The notes beneath the pieces are model-generated. The model ran no database searches. It saw only the letters and a list, made by a program, of their open reading frames with translations, and was not told the DNA's origin. Position numbers and translations under genes: made by a program. From Bilabrum cf. latius (Eukaryota), in NCBI GenBank assembly GCA_965178125.1, contig OZ237761.1, forward strand, positions 744,001 through 808,000: a DNA stretch of 64,000 bases, given 5' to 3'. Of the stretch, positions 1-12,000 are shown piece after piece. The stretch's first letter is position 1; the number at the start of each line of letters is the position of its first letter.

Positions 1-2233
1 ACAGCTGCACGACACCGGCCAGGCTCGCGTTCTGACGGACCGCGCTGGCAACAATATCCGCAACCAGATAAAACTCGGCCTGCGCACTGACGTCATCCTC
101 CCGCCTCCCATCCCGCTCCAGCGCGCCCAGCAGGAGAGGCACCACGTCTCCGAGACACTGCCTGTAGAAGCCCGCGAGAGGCTCGAAGGAGGCAGACCTC
201 GCCACCGGACCCATGGCGTGGCGAGTACCGGTCACCAGTGCCGCAGCGTAAGACTCGCCCGTGAAATCCGCGACTGCCAGCAGAGGGGCAACCGTCTCCA
301 TCGCTAGCACTCGCAGGTCTCGGTCCCGCGCCAGCAGAAACCGGCTCACGCTCCGGATGAGGCGGGGACACTGCGCCGCCACCGCCGCGTTCTTGGGTGC
401 CCTGTCGTCGTAGAGCGCCGACCTGAGCGCAGAGAGCATCGCCCTAGACACCACGCCGTGCACCCCGAGGGCGGCACCTGCACCCATCCATGTCCCTGTC
501 GCCATACTCGTCCCCGTCCCTGTCTCTGGTTCTACCGGCAGCTGCGCCGCACCGTCCTGATGAAGTGAAGAGCTTCCATCGTGCAAGCCGGGCTGGGCAG
601 CACAGGAGGCCAAGCCAACGGCACTGAGGAGATCGTGACCCGCCGCAGCTCCCTCTGATGTCAGTTCCGGCCTGGCTGCGTATGCTTCCGTGTGTCCGAG
701 CCACCGCATGCTGTTGGATCCAGGCACGCCCTCGCTGATTGGGTCGTCAAGGCCCAGCACCGGTGCTAGATCTGTGGAACTACCGTCACCGGTTACCCGC
801 CGACGCTTGCGGCCTGCTCCTGGGGACCCAAGCACACCCCCAGCCCCGGCTCGGTCAGACAGGGTCCACCCCGCCCGGGCCCGGTCCACCACTGAGGCGC
901 CCGTCAGGGCCGCCTCACGGTCGGATTCGGAGCCGTCCGGTGCCCCTGCCTCCACCGCCACTCCCAGCAGATCCGCCAGCTCGCCCCAGGGAACAGTGCA
1001 TCCCGCTGCTCGCCGCCGGCGGGTGCTAACCAGCCACGCCGAGCCGGCATGCGCACTGGAGGCCAGGCGACTCTGCAGAGGGGGCAGCTGGCCCAGGGGA
1101 AACGACCCCGAGGTGGGGTCAGCGCGCCGGGGCGGTGGCCCCCCGGTGCCCGTGTCTACCCCTGATGACGGGCGGGCCTTTGACTTGGATCCCAAGACAC
1201 GGCCGTCTCTGCTGCCCGGCTCGGGGGTGGGTGGGCACGCGCCCGCAGCGACAAGGATTGCGGCGCATCTTTCCCTCACAGCATGAGTCAGCGCCTGCTC
1301 GGTCGAGGCCGAGGCCGAGGCCGCTTTGCCTGCGCTTGTGCCGCTCCTTGCGTCGTCGCCCGGCGTGCTGAACGCCGTGCAGTGCAGTGCACCCAAGCGA
1401 ACCACGGACGCCATGACTTCGGCCCGATGCCCTACGTCTCCCTCCTCGCCCGCACTACCTCCCCCGCTGCTCCCTGCCACACCTCCCCCGCTGCTCCCTG
1501 CCACAGCCCACTTCAGGGCCTCCCTGGCCGCCTGAAGCCTCTCTCTCGCTGCCGCGCTCCCTGGCCCCAGCCTCGCGCTTGCCTGCGCCGCGGCCACCAG
1601 CTCCAGGGCCGCCCTGGCGCGCTCCCAGCCCCGCGTCTCCTCCTCGAAGGACGCATCATCGGCCCCTGTGACGGGCACCCAGGCCTCGTCCAGCACCCTG
1701 GCGGCGTGCTCCACCAGGCCGGGCGCCACCGTCAGGTCCGGAGCCACCAGGGCGTGGGCGGCTCGGCCCGCGGCCGCGAGCACGTTAATGCCACGCAGAA
1801 GCTCGCCAGCCACGTCGGAACCGAGCGACAGCTCCACCCGCCGCAGGAGTGTCTGCCTGGCTGCAAGCACGGTCCGGGCCTGAGCCTGGTCGGGCGTCTC
1901 GAGCGCAGCCCGGCTGGGCAACGCCGGCCCAAAAATGACGCGATTTTTATCGCCAGCAGTGCCTTTCGAAGAAATGCCACTGGAAATTGGTGCCAGCTTC
2001 TATTCCAAGCCGGTAAAGATACGTCGGAACGGATTCACTACCCCCGACAGCGGCTTGCTAGCCCCAGCTTCGCACTCCGATGACAGCCGAGCGGCCCGCT
2101 CGGAGCGAAAGCTTCGCAAAACTCTCGGGGGAAGGGTTGGCGCTGCAACGGATCCAATAGGGGCAACGTTTGGTACGCTCTACCCAGATTCTACCGACGC
2201 ATTCGATCCAGTCTGAGGCTGCGCCGATGACAT
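1..2233 (-). CDS. Large helical/ARM-like protein, 3' end outside the window; weak resemblance to LFR/ARID1-ARID2-type SWI/SNF ARM domains
   Basis: ATG at 2233 opens a frame that runs to the window edge, with only two in-frame TAGs (2180-2182, 2000-2002). The segment RRVELSLGSDVAGELLRGINVL loosely resembles the ARID/LFR ARM-domain start. The CDS is solid; the function is tentative. Confidence 0.6.
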
Positions 2234-2467
2234 AGCCTCAATAAATGCCTTGCCCCCATACGTTCGCTCAGATTCCGATCCACCGGTGAATGGGTCTGAA
2301 GATAACATCCTTGCACTTGGTTGGGCTGAAGACAACCTGGGCCACGGCGCCACGAAGTGATTTGAGACGGAGGCGTCGCCGCAGAGGTTGCAACCGGTTG
2401 CATGCAGGCACGTCGAAAAGCAGGCAAAAACGTCGATACTATTGCGTTTCAGGGACCGGAAGTGGGA
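2234..2467. promoter_or_regulatory. Putative bidirectional promoter (ARM-like gene / UFD1)
   Basis: 234 bp between divergent ATGs, lower GC than the flanking gene bodies. Confidence 0.5.
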
Positions 2468-4472
2468 ATGGACTTTTTTAATGCAGTTCTAGGCGGTGGT
2501 GGTATGCCAGCAGGTGGCGGAATGATGCAGCTCGGGTAAGAATTTTGGAACACTGTTTCGTCGTGTTTGGCTGATGTCCATATCACGCCCTATGCTGTAA
2601 TCCCGCTGTTTGTATCTGCAGACCGTGGCAGCGATAGTTAGCGTGCTACTCTATGGCGGTTAGCGGGAAACAGCACCTAGAGTACGGCGACAAGAGTAAG
2701 AAGGCGGCAGACCAGTCTGCACGTGGCAAGCTCGCGATGATCCGCGCAGAAACTTCGCTTGATCCCACTTCTAGTGGTCGCTTTGTATTAAAACTGTATT
2801 GTTCGCAGTTCTCATGCCACCAGATTGCCTTAAGGATCTTGGTAAGCGAATCCCACGTCGCTCTGCTCACTTGGTTGAATGTGACAAATATCGCCCAGTG
2901 ATCCAGTGCTCCTCTCAACCGTCTCGCGCAGCTGCTCGAAATATCCAATTTCCTATGATGTTTCGACTGGAGGGTGGTTCGGCCGGCCGGAGCGTACACG
3001 TGTCTGTTCTTGAATTCTCTGCGGATCCCGGCAAGGTGTTTCTGCCCGCGTGGCTCATGCGTGACATGATTCTGAGAGAGGGCTCCGTGGTGCAACTGAC
3101 CAACACACAGCTACCCAAGTGTACGTACGTGAAGCTGCAGCCGCAAGACCTCGAGTTTTTGGAGCTGTCCGACCCGAAGGCCGTACTCGAGAAGACCCTG
3201 GAGCGCTACAGCTGCTTCACGCTGGGCCAGACCATCTGCTTCCACTACAACGACAGAGAGTACGACCTCAAGGTGCAGGAACTCAAGCCAGCGGGCGCGG
3301 TGTCCATCGTGGAGGTGGACACAGAAGTGGATTTCGCGCCCCCTCCCGGGTACAAGGAGCCAGCCAGACCGGGGGCCCAGGCGGGGGCAGGTGATGGCAA
3401 GGGTGGATTCCAGGGAGCGGGACACGCGGCTGGGGGCGCAGCGGCGGCCAAGTCTCCCATCAGGTCGCACCCGGCGGCGGCTGCGGCTGCCCGCGCGTTG
3501 CGGCTGCAGAAGCGCAGGCGTGAGGAGGGGGAGAGAGGGTTGCGTGCTGAATTCGGTATTAAGGGGTCCAGGCTGCGGGACGGGCGGGAAGTGGAGGGCT
3601 CGACCGCCGCGCAGGAAGCCATACGGGCAGCCAGGGAGAAGGAAGAGGAGGAGAAGCAGCGGCTGGCAAGGGAGCACGTGCCTGCACTCAAGAGGAAGGC
3701 CTAGACTGAGGCCATTGGCAAGAGGGCAGTCTCAGGGGTGTCCCCAGGGTACAAGCTGAAGTCAGGGAAGCGGGTGAGCGGTTCGATAGGCGGTGCCGGT
3801 AACGGTGCATTGAACAGCGGTGCAGACGCGTACCAAGATGGTGGGCGCATGGACGAAGGGGGGGCGGACGGCGACGATGACGATGAGGTAGAGGTAGTGG
3901 GCTTCAGTCCAGGGGCTAGCAGCAGCAGTGGTGCCGGGGGCAAAGGTAGAAAGAAGCGCAAGGGAAAGAAGCTGAGCGTGGGCGGCACGCTGCTTCGCAA
4001 ATCGAACTCGAACTCGGGAGGCGCGGGTGCTGCTGCTTCCGCCGGTGGGGCATCTTCGGGTGCCGCAGGAGGAGGCATCCCGAGGGAGGCCTCGGTGGCC
4101 TCCTCTGCGTCATCAGAGGCCGGTGGTGATGGTGGCGTGGCTGGAGCGGGGGCGGCAAGCGGTTCGCTGGGCGTACCGAAGGTTCATGAACCTTCTGTAG
4201 CGCTGGGCACCTCCCGCGCGGCCCGCAGCGTGGTGGAGCTCGAGGAGGAGGAGGCCGAGTACAACGCATTCAAGGAGGAAGCGAACAAGCTGGCGGGGAG
4301 TACGCCCGGGGGGGCGCAAGCAGGCGGTGCGGGGTTTGGCGCCCCGCAGTCGGCGGGCGCAGGCAGTGGGGGCGGAAAGGCAGACCCCGACCGACCCTCC
4401 AAGCTCGCGCCGGCCAGCCCGTTCCAAGGCCCCTCGAGGTCGGTCGGGCGGGGGAAGAAATCGAGGGGTTGA
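2468..4472 (+). CDS. UFD1: Ubiquitin fusion degradation protein 1 (Cdc48/p97 cofactor), ~571 aa, 4 exons
   Basis: Exons 2468-2535, 2622-2695, 2809-2841 and 2932-4472 give WQR*LACYSMAVSGKQHLEYGDKILMPPDCLKDLAARNIQFPMMFRL...HVSVLEFSADPGKVFLPAWLM...VKLQPQ...DPKAVLE. In-frame TAG at 2635-2637 and 3702-3704. An SHP-box-like PFQGPSRSVG lies after the second TAG. Ends TGA. Confidence 0.95.
2536..2621 (+). other. Spliceosomal intron 1 of UFD1
   Basis: GTAAG...TGCAG, 86 nt; removal joins exon 1 in frame to the conserved UFD1 N-terminus. Confidence 0.85.
2696..2808 (+). other. Spliceosomal intron 2 of UFD1
   Basis: GTAAG...CGCAG, 113 nt; removal restores GDKILMPP. Confidence 0.9.
2842..2931 (+). other. 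Spliceosomal intron 3 of UFD1
   Basis: GTAAG...CGCAG, 90 nt, in frame; removal restores LKDLAARNIQFPMMF. Confidence 0.85.
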
Positions 4473-4655
4473 AATTGATCTTGGCAAGGCTATTGTCGCC
4501 AGTATGACTTTCTACACTGGTCTACATCCAATAGAATCGCCATTCGTTCCAAAGTCGGCGCAAGTGGCGACGGTTCCGTTGCCAGTCGTCACGCGGCAAC
4601 TGCCGTAGATTCGGATCCTGCTCCCGTTCAAAATTCTGGGTATTGTAACAAAACT

Positions 4656-6032
4656 ATGCGCTCCTTGTCATTGATACTAGCATTTATTGTAATGGGCTGC
4701 GCTTCCGCTAGCACATCCATGCTAGCCGATCCGGGACTGAAGGATCCGAGCATGTACATTGCGCCAGTGCATTTCAATCACTCGTTGCTGGGTCCTGTAG
4801 GGGATCTGGAGAACAATCCGAAGCCATTTTGGTATTTGGCACAGTGGAGCAACCCGTCACATCTAAAATCAACGTCTGCACCCGCTGTTGCAGGCATTTG
4901 CGGCAACGCAGGTGCCAGCAGCGGTTCAGAGTGGACCGTAACATCTGCATCTGCGGGGGGAATTGACGATCCCAGCTCGCCAGAAACTGTGTGTCGGCTA
5001 TCTAGTGGTGACTATATTCTGCGGCAGAATGGCTCTTCTTTAGCTTGCGGACCGGAGCTGGATCTTTTTATCTCACCGACGGGCCGCAACTACCCAGGCT
5101 TTCCCCAGGGGCTGCTTGGCCCATCACCGCCGCTCTCCAACCTAACATCCCTGGTATCATCGTTCAAGTTCGGTGTGAACAGCGCTATCACAGGAGAGCG
5201 CTGCGGGACGAAGCCTCAGTGCGGCCCCGGAGGTCACCTGGACTACGGCTATGCTACCCTCGGCGTGATTGCGGGCAACACAGTAGCCAAGCAGACAATT
5301 TTCTACCAGGTGCAGCTGTGGGACTCTAGATAGGGCACGTGCGGCAAGTCCGGCAACCCTTGCATCGATCACCCTCAGAGCTGGTACTTCAAGAAGCAGC
5401 CGTATGGCGCCAACGACCCGATCGTGGCGTTCCCCGGCGAGCAGTGCTTCCGGGTGGGCGAGCCCGCGAGGAGCATTCTGCTGGACGTGCTGCCCAGACT
5501 GCTGTACGCTATCAAGACGGGGCCCACCGCTGCCAGTGCAAGTGCTAGTGGCAGTGCAAGTAGCAGCGGGGCGCACCCTTCAATGGAGAGGCTGGCACAG
5601 ATGGCCGCCAGTGGTGCAGGCGCTTCGAGTGCGGCGCACCCTTCAATGGAGAGGCTGGCACAGATGGCCGCCAGTGGTGCAGGCGCTTCGAGTGCGGCGC
5701 ACCCTTCAATGGAGAGGCTGGCACAGATGGCCGGTGCAGGCGCTTCGAGTGCGGCGCACCCTTCAATGGAGAGGCTGGCACAGATGGCCGGTGCAGGCGC
5801 TTCGAGTGCGGCGCACCCTTCAATGGAGAGGCTGGCACAGATGGCCGCCAGTGGTGCAGGCGCTTCGAGTGCGGCAGGCGGCTGGTGGTCGGCCACCGAA
5901 GGGTCGGACGCCCCCTTTGACCATGACCCGTCGCACTGGAGTGCCACTGGGATGTACCTGGGCATCGGGCTGCAGGGCTCGCAGACCATTGTGGCCACTG
6001 TGGGCGGCATCGACCTGAGGTTCGAGCAGTGA
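4656..6032 (+). CDS. Secreted protein of unknown function (~458 aa) with an internal tandem repeat
   Basis: N-terminal signal peptide MRSLSLILAFIVMGCASA. ORFs 4656-5333 and 5424-6032 share a frame and are separated only by TAG 5331-5333. Cys/Trp-rich. Ends TGA. Confidence 0.8.
5571..5875 (+). repeat. Five near-perfect coding tandem repeats (63, 63, 57, 57, 63 bp) encoding AHPSMERLAQMA(AS)GAGASSA
   Basis: Units start at 5571, 5634, 5697, 5754 and 5811 and differ only by a 6-bp indel. Confidence 0.95.
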
Positions 6033-6256
6033 GCCTGGGGGTTAGAGTGCAGCGGCTTACGGTGCAGCGGCGCGGTACCGCATCGTTTGTGTGGATTCAA
6101 TTCTGATCACCTGTAGTTTCAAACGCATGCATTCCATCAATGGAGTGTCCGCAAGGCAGCGATCATCGCGCCAGTGCGCACCCACCCAAGCACCCGTTGA
6201 GGCGTCACAAGCAGAGGCCTCAAATCGACTCATTAGAAACCCCTTGATCCCCATCT

Positions 6257-8833
6257 TCACTCCCTTCGCCTGGCTCTGGGTCGAGAAGGGGCCCTCCCCG
6301 TCCTCCCCACGGATCCGCCTCCCTCTTCCTACCCTTGCACCTTCCGGGCGCCCCCCTTGCCCATGCCCTTGCCCCCTGCCCTGCCCCGGTGCACCCTGGG
6401 CCGCCCCTTGGCCAGCCAGTCGGCGTCATAGTCTCTGCTGGGCGAGGGCGGGCGGGGCTCATCCTCGGCCTCCTTCTGCTTGTGGTCTTCCATGCCCGTG
6501 CGGTCCACTTCAACGTCAGCGTCAATGTCTGCATCCACGTCGTCCTCTGGCTCGTCTTCCAACCCACTCGTTGCATCTTCTTCGTCCTCGCCTTCCACTT
6601 TCTTCCTGCCTCCTTTTTCCTCGGAATCATCGCGATGCGGCGGGGACGCAGCGCATGGGCTGAACTTACCCTGCGACTTGAGGACAGGGGCGGGAGACGA
6701 TGGCGGCTCTCGGTCCGTGGGTGGAGGCTCATCATGTTCCTGTCTGTTCGCGCTTGCATCCACAGCTTCCGTGCTGTCACCGTCATTAATGTCTTTTCCA
6801 AGCGCTTGGGGGTCGGTGTCGCTTCCACCAGCCACAAGGATGTCGCGCTCCGCGCCATGGTTAGATGCGGATGCGGAGGCAGAGGCGGAGGAGGGACGCG
6901 GCTAGGACTCGGACTCAGACTCGGACTTAAGGCTTTGGCCATCCGCTTCGTCGGTTCCGGTCGAGTCGCCCCGGCCGGCTGCCGTCACCCGCTTTGGGTC
7001 ATGGCCGCACTCGTCACCATGCAGCGGCGAGAACCCCGCGGATGGAGAGCTGCGCCCGCCCCGCTTCAGGCTGCTCGTTCCGGTGGCACCCAAGCGGAGC
7101 TCTGCGATGCGACGATGTACCGGTGCTGGTGCGGAGGCCTTCAAGTTACGCCCGCGAGATGGAGCCCGTTTCTTGGTGCCGGGCCCTTGGATCGCCAGCT
7201 GGTTGGCAGCGAGCTGGGCATGCCGGTGCTTGAGAGGGCGCATCTGCGAGCCCCCGCCCTCGTGCCCCATGACCCGCTTCGCCATGCGCATGACGGCCCC
7301 TTTCACCTCCTGTAGCTCTCTTTCCACCAGACTCAGCTTGGCCGCGGATTCGCGGGGCCAGTCAATGTACGTGCCGGCGTGCCACCCGAGGATGCAGGCA
7401 GTCCCGAAGAGGAAGAGTTCCCTCACCGCCCACACCCAGGCCCTCAGGCTGCCCCGGCCAGTTGCACCCTCGTCGAACAGCGAGCCGGCGAATAGATCCT
7501 CTGCGGACATTGGGCCGTCCGACCGGTACATGGCGCGGTTCGAGTCATAGGAGGCCTCCGTTGCGTCGTTATTGGGCGTGCTAGATCCAAAGATTACGGC
7601 TTGAACCCGCGCGATGGGTGCCCACGCGAGTGCTATCCCCGCCTCCCAGTGCAGCTGGGGCTGAGGCCAGCTCTGCACGACTGCCCACTCCAGGGCCGCT
7701 GCACTCGTCACAGCGACCATAACGGAGAGGCGGGCGTCTGCCGTGGTCTTGTAGCCCGTCAGCAGGTGCGCCCCGACAGCGGCAGCCCCCCAGAAGAGCC
7801 CCGCCTGCAGCAGATCGAAGTGGCCGACCACGTACTGCTGCGCCCCCACAAGGGCGTGCGAGTACACCTGCAGGATATCGATGCCGTGCTGCACCACGCC
7901 TAGCGAGCCGTGGACGTGCGTGAGGCTAGCGTTGAGCTGCTCGTCCACGGCCCTGAAGCGTCCCTGTGCCTCCTCGAGCCCTGCCGCCAGCTGCCTCGTG
8001 TGCTCCGATGCGCTTCTCTGGTGGGAGAGCAGCTCCACGCTCGCGTCCACCTGTGCGTTCAGCATGCCGTTCATTGCCTTTGATAAGGCGATCTGGGAGA
8101 CGATGCTCCTCGCCATGGCCTCTTGGGTGGCCTGCGCCTCGAGGAAAAAGCAGGCGCTGTCCAGACCAGCAAAGAACTCAGTGTAGGCCGAAAACACGAG
8201 CGGGCTCATGGCGCGGGTGCAAGCCCGGGTGCTAGAGGCGAGCGAGTCCTCTCCTGGGCGAGAAGAAGAAGAAAGTAGCGGCGAGTCATCACCCGTGTTG
8301 CCGTGCTCTCTTGACGCGACGACATCGGAAGATGGTGGCGGCGGCCCCGAAACGCCACCTGCTCGCTCCATTGTATTGGCCGATTCGCTTGCCCGCGTGC
8401 GCAACTCCTCCCGAATTGCAGATCCACCAGGTAAAAAAGGGTCGCATTCGGTCGGTACGTCAGTCTTATGGCGGCCGGCGTTGTGCACGTGACAGATCGC
8501 TAGGCCCGCCGCGATTGCACCACGACGAGCATCACTCATGGTCGCACAGAGCTCCCCGCTTCCTTCCACGAAGCGATTGTAGAGCATTGAGAAGCATCCA
8601 GGACCTCTTCTGTTATCTGATGAGCTTGCTGATCCGAACGTCCAAGCTGAGGCTTGCTTGGCAGCTTGCGGAGCATCCTGCCGAGCCAGTCTCTATAATC
8701 TTTCAAGAGCCCCGCGAGACTGCTGCAACATCTCGTCAAACCTGCTTGTTGTGCCTTGAGAGCCTTGACTTGCATGGCAAATGGACGCCGCAATCGCTGT
8801 CCCGATCAAGACAGATGCTGGGCCGAGGCACAT
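6257..8833 (-). CDS. GEX1: GEX1/KAR5/Brambleberry-family nuclear membrane fusion (karyogamy) protein, ~858 aa
   Basis: Signal peptide MCLGPASVLIGTAIAASICHA. Cys-rich domain GCFSML...LCATMSD...LAICHVHNAGR...C...ACTRAMSPLVFSAYTEFFAGLDSACFFLEAQ, followed by a coiled coil and ~3 hydrophobic segments. Single frame with TAG at 8693, 6902 and 6329. Ends TGA 6257-6259. Confidence 0.8.
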
Positions 8834-9091
8834 TTGATTTGATTGACCGCAAGTATTCTACCCCATTTACGCAGTACAGTCCGACTCTTCGCGGGTATCA
8901 CAGGAGGTGGATGTTACTACAGTACTTATCAGCTTAGATATACTGCTGGATTATAATGATTGGTTCGATGATCTCCGCTGCTCGCCAAGCAGATTCTGGG
9001 CACTTGCTCGCTCAGTACTACAGTGCAGTGCATCTGGATGCATTGCACTGTAGGTCAAGTGAATCCCACGTTCTCCGCAACCATATTCGCC
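8834..9091. promoter_or_regulatory. Putative bidirectional promoter (GEX1 / TCF25)
   Basis: 258 bp between divergent ATGs. Confidence 0.5.
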
Positions 9092-12000
9092 ATGACGTCC
9101 CGTCAGATGAAATTCGCCATGCAAGGAAAAGGTTTAGAGGAGCTTGCAGAGGCTGCGGGGGCCGCAGATCCAGAAAGCGGCAGTGATGAGGAATTTGGCG
9201 ATCTCGTCGGGAACAGCAACCGGGGCAGTCTTTTGGCAGGACTGAGCGACAGTGATTCGGACTCTGATTCAAGATCACGGGCTGGTTCTGAATCGACCCC
9301 TCAGCAACAAGAATCTCCTGGAATTCCGACTGCAGCAGCCGCAGAGGCCGAGCCACGTGCGGCTGAATCCGAGCCAACTGTTCATGATGAGGCAAAGCCA
9401 ATGACTGCTGCACAAAAGCGAAAGGCAAAGCGACAGCGACAGAAAGAGCGCAAACGATTGCTGCAGGAGGCAGCTGCCGCCGAAGAGATGGCGAAGACTG
9501 CACCCGTGTCTGTCCCGTCAGCTCTGTGGCGCGACTGGCTGCTGCTGCCGCCTGGTGGCAGGAAATCAATGAACCCCGACGCAGAGTACGCGAGACGATT
9601 TGGACGCGACATGGTTAAGGAGGCGGCGGCCGCTGCCGCCGAGGATGAGGCCACTGCAAGGGAGCGCGAGCTCGGCGCCGTGGCGGGGGGAGGCGCTGGT
9701 GCTGGCGCGCAGGGCGGGGGCCAGCTGGACGTTGTGGCCCGCCGGAGGTACCTGGGCCTCACGAGAAAGCAGGCGCGGCGACTGCAGCGGCAAGAGCGGC
9801 AGCAGCGCAAGCGAGGCCGGGTGTCGGGCGCAGCCGCGGCCTGGGGTGCCTACGCACAGCAGGGGGGCAGTGCCGCTGCAGGGGGGCGTTCCACGGTGTT
9901 CTGCACCGTGCCCGCGCAGCTGCCGCCGCCACCGACGTACGCTGGCGGTGGGATCGGGATGGTTCCGCTCGGCGCCGCGAGCGGCCGGGAGCTGTCCCCC
10001 TCTGAGCACAAAGCAGAGTAGGTGCGGGTGCTGTCGCCCTCTCCGGCTGCGGAGGCAGCTGCTGCTGCTGGCATCGGGGCGCGCGCCGGCCCTGCGGCTG
10101 GTGCGGGTGGCAGGTACCCAGACACTTCGCAGGCGAGTTCCCAGTCCCAGTGTCTGGCCCTGCCAGCAGGTGCCCTCACGCCCGCGCGGAGGTTCGCAAT
10201 GCAGCACTCCGTGCCCTACGCCATGCAGCAGCGGGCCTTCGAACAGGCGGTTGCAACCTACGACATCCGCGCGGTGGCCGCGCTCGTGTCCCGCAACCCG
10301 CACCACATCGATGGTGCCCTGCAGCTGGCGGAGTACTACCGCTCCATAGGGCAGCTGCGGCCCGCGGGAGACCTCCTGCGAGCGGCGCTGCTCACCGTGG
10401 GGCAGGCCGCCCCGGGGGACTTTGTTCCCTGGGAGAGGCCGGCGCGCCTGCCCTTCAGCACTCTGGAGAACAGGGCCGTGTACACGACGCTCTTCCGGCA
10501 CATGCAGCAGGCGGGCAGGGCGGGCGCCTACTCTGCGGCCCACTCGCTTGGCTGCGTGCTGCTGGGCCTGTCGCCCGTTCGAGACCCCATGCGGTGCATC
10601 GCGGTGCTGGACTACTATGGAGCCAAGGCAAGGGCGCACAGGTGGCTGCTGGCTGCAGCGTGCCCGGTGTGTGAGCTTAGAGGGGACTCTGCAGCGCCTG
10701 ACGGGGGAGCTTCGAGCGGGGCTGCGGCTTCGGCTGCGTCCGCGTCAGGGGAAGGGGAGGCGGGGCTGGAGGGTGGCGTGGTGGCTCGTGTGCGCCCCTT
10801 GTCGCTGCGCGGGAGCTCGCCTGCCCTGCCTCTCGTGGCGCTGCCCTCGTGGGCCTTGTCGAGCGGGCTGGCTCGCGTGCGGCTGGCGCAGGAGTGGGAC
10901 GATGAGTGCGAGGAGAAGGCCAAGGAACAGCGATCACTGTCGGTGCTGGCCTCTGGTGGAGGGACAGGCGTCCCCGGAGCAACAAGGGGGCAAGAGAGCA
11001 ATGGAGTTGTGCCGTGGGGTCCCCGGCGCCTGGTGTGGGGGCTGGGAGACGCGGACGGCGAGCACGTCCTGCCCTCCGATGGGGCCGGTGCTGCGACTGC
11101 TGGGAGTGCAGAGGCGGTGCGCGGTCTGTGTCAGCGAGCGGCCGATGCCTGCCAGCAGAGGGTGCGACAGGCACACGCGGATGCAGTGAAGTAGTCGCAG
11201 CAGCAATTCGCTGCCGTTGGGTCTGGGGCCTCAGGGAAGGCCTCGATGGAAGGCACCTAGGCGGCCGGCGCTGGTGTGCCCGAAGCGATCCGTCTGCTGG
11301 CCATGCAGGAAGCAGCGGAGAGAGAGGCGGGGGAGGGCGAGGACGGGGCTGCCGACGCGTCTATACCAGGGACCGACGCACCGTCCGGCGCGGCGACTGC
11401 TGCAGAGGATGCGGTGGCGCTGGCGAGTGCAGCCGATGCCGTGGATGGCTCCGCGGAATCGTACCTGGGCGGGGCCATCGATCCGGGCAGGCAGCTCGCG
11501 CAGTACTTCCAGGGCTGGGGTACCATGTCCGCCACGGAGCACCTGGCGCGCGCCGCGCTCCTGTTCCCCCACGCCGTGCTGGAGGTGCTGGAGACCCTGG
11601 AGCTAGGCGAGGACAGCACCGGAACGAGGCAGCTCGGAGGTGTGCCCGCCGGGCCCGTGCCCGAGCTCTTGGTGTAGGAGGACTCGAGGCTGCTGCGGCG
11701 GGCGGTGTCTGAGCTGGAGAGCCTGCCGGTGGGTGCAGTGCAGGACAAGGAGGACGAGGAGGCGGCAGCCAGGAGGGAGACCAGGGAACACGGGAGGCTG
11801 CACGTGGACCGGTGCCAGTGGGGCGAAGTCCTGCGCGCGCCGCTCTTCCGAAGGGCTGCACGAGACCTTGCAATGATCCGAGGCGAGGACGAGGAGGACG
11901 AAACCTCAGGGGACGGCAGCGGAGCCCCCCGTGCCAGCGCGGCTACCGAGGAGAAGCCACAAGGAGGACGCAAGACGGATGCAACGAGCTCAACCGGACA

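Noticed and set aside
5571-5875. CRISPR-like repeat array
   Set aside because: The units are contiguous with no unique spacers, lie in frame within a CDS, have no cas genes nearby, and the context is eukaryotic.
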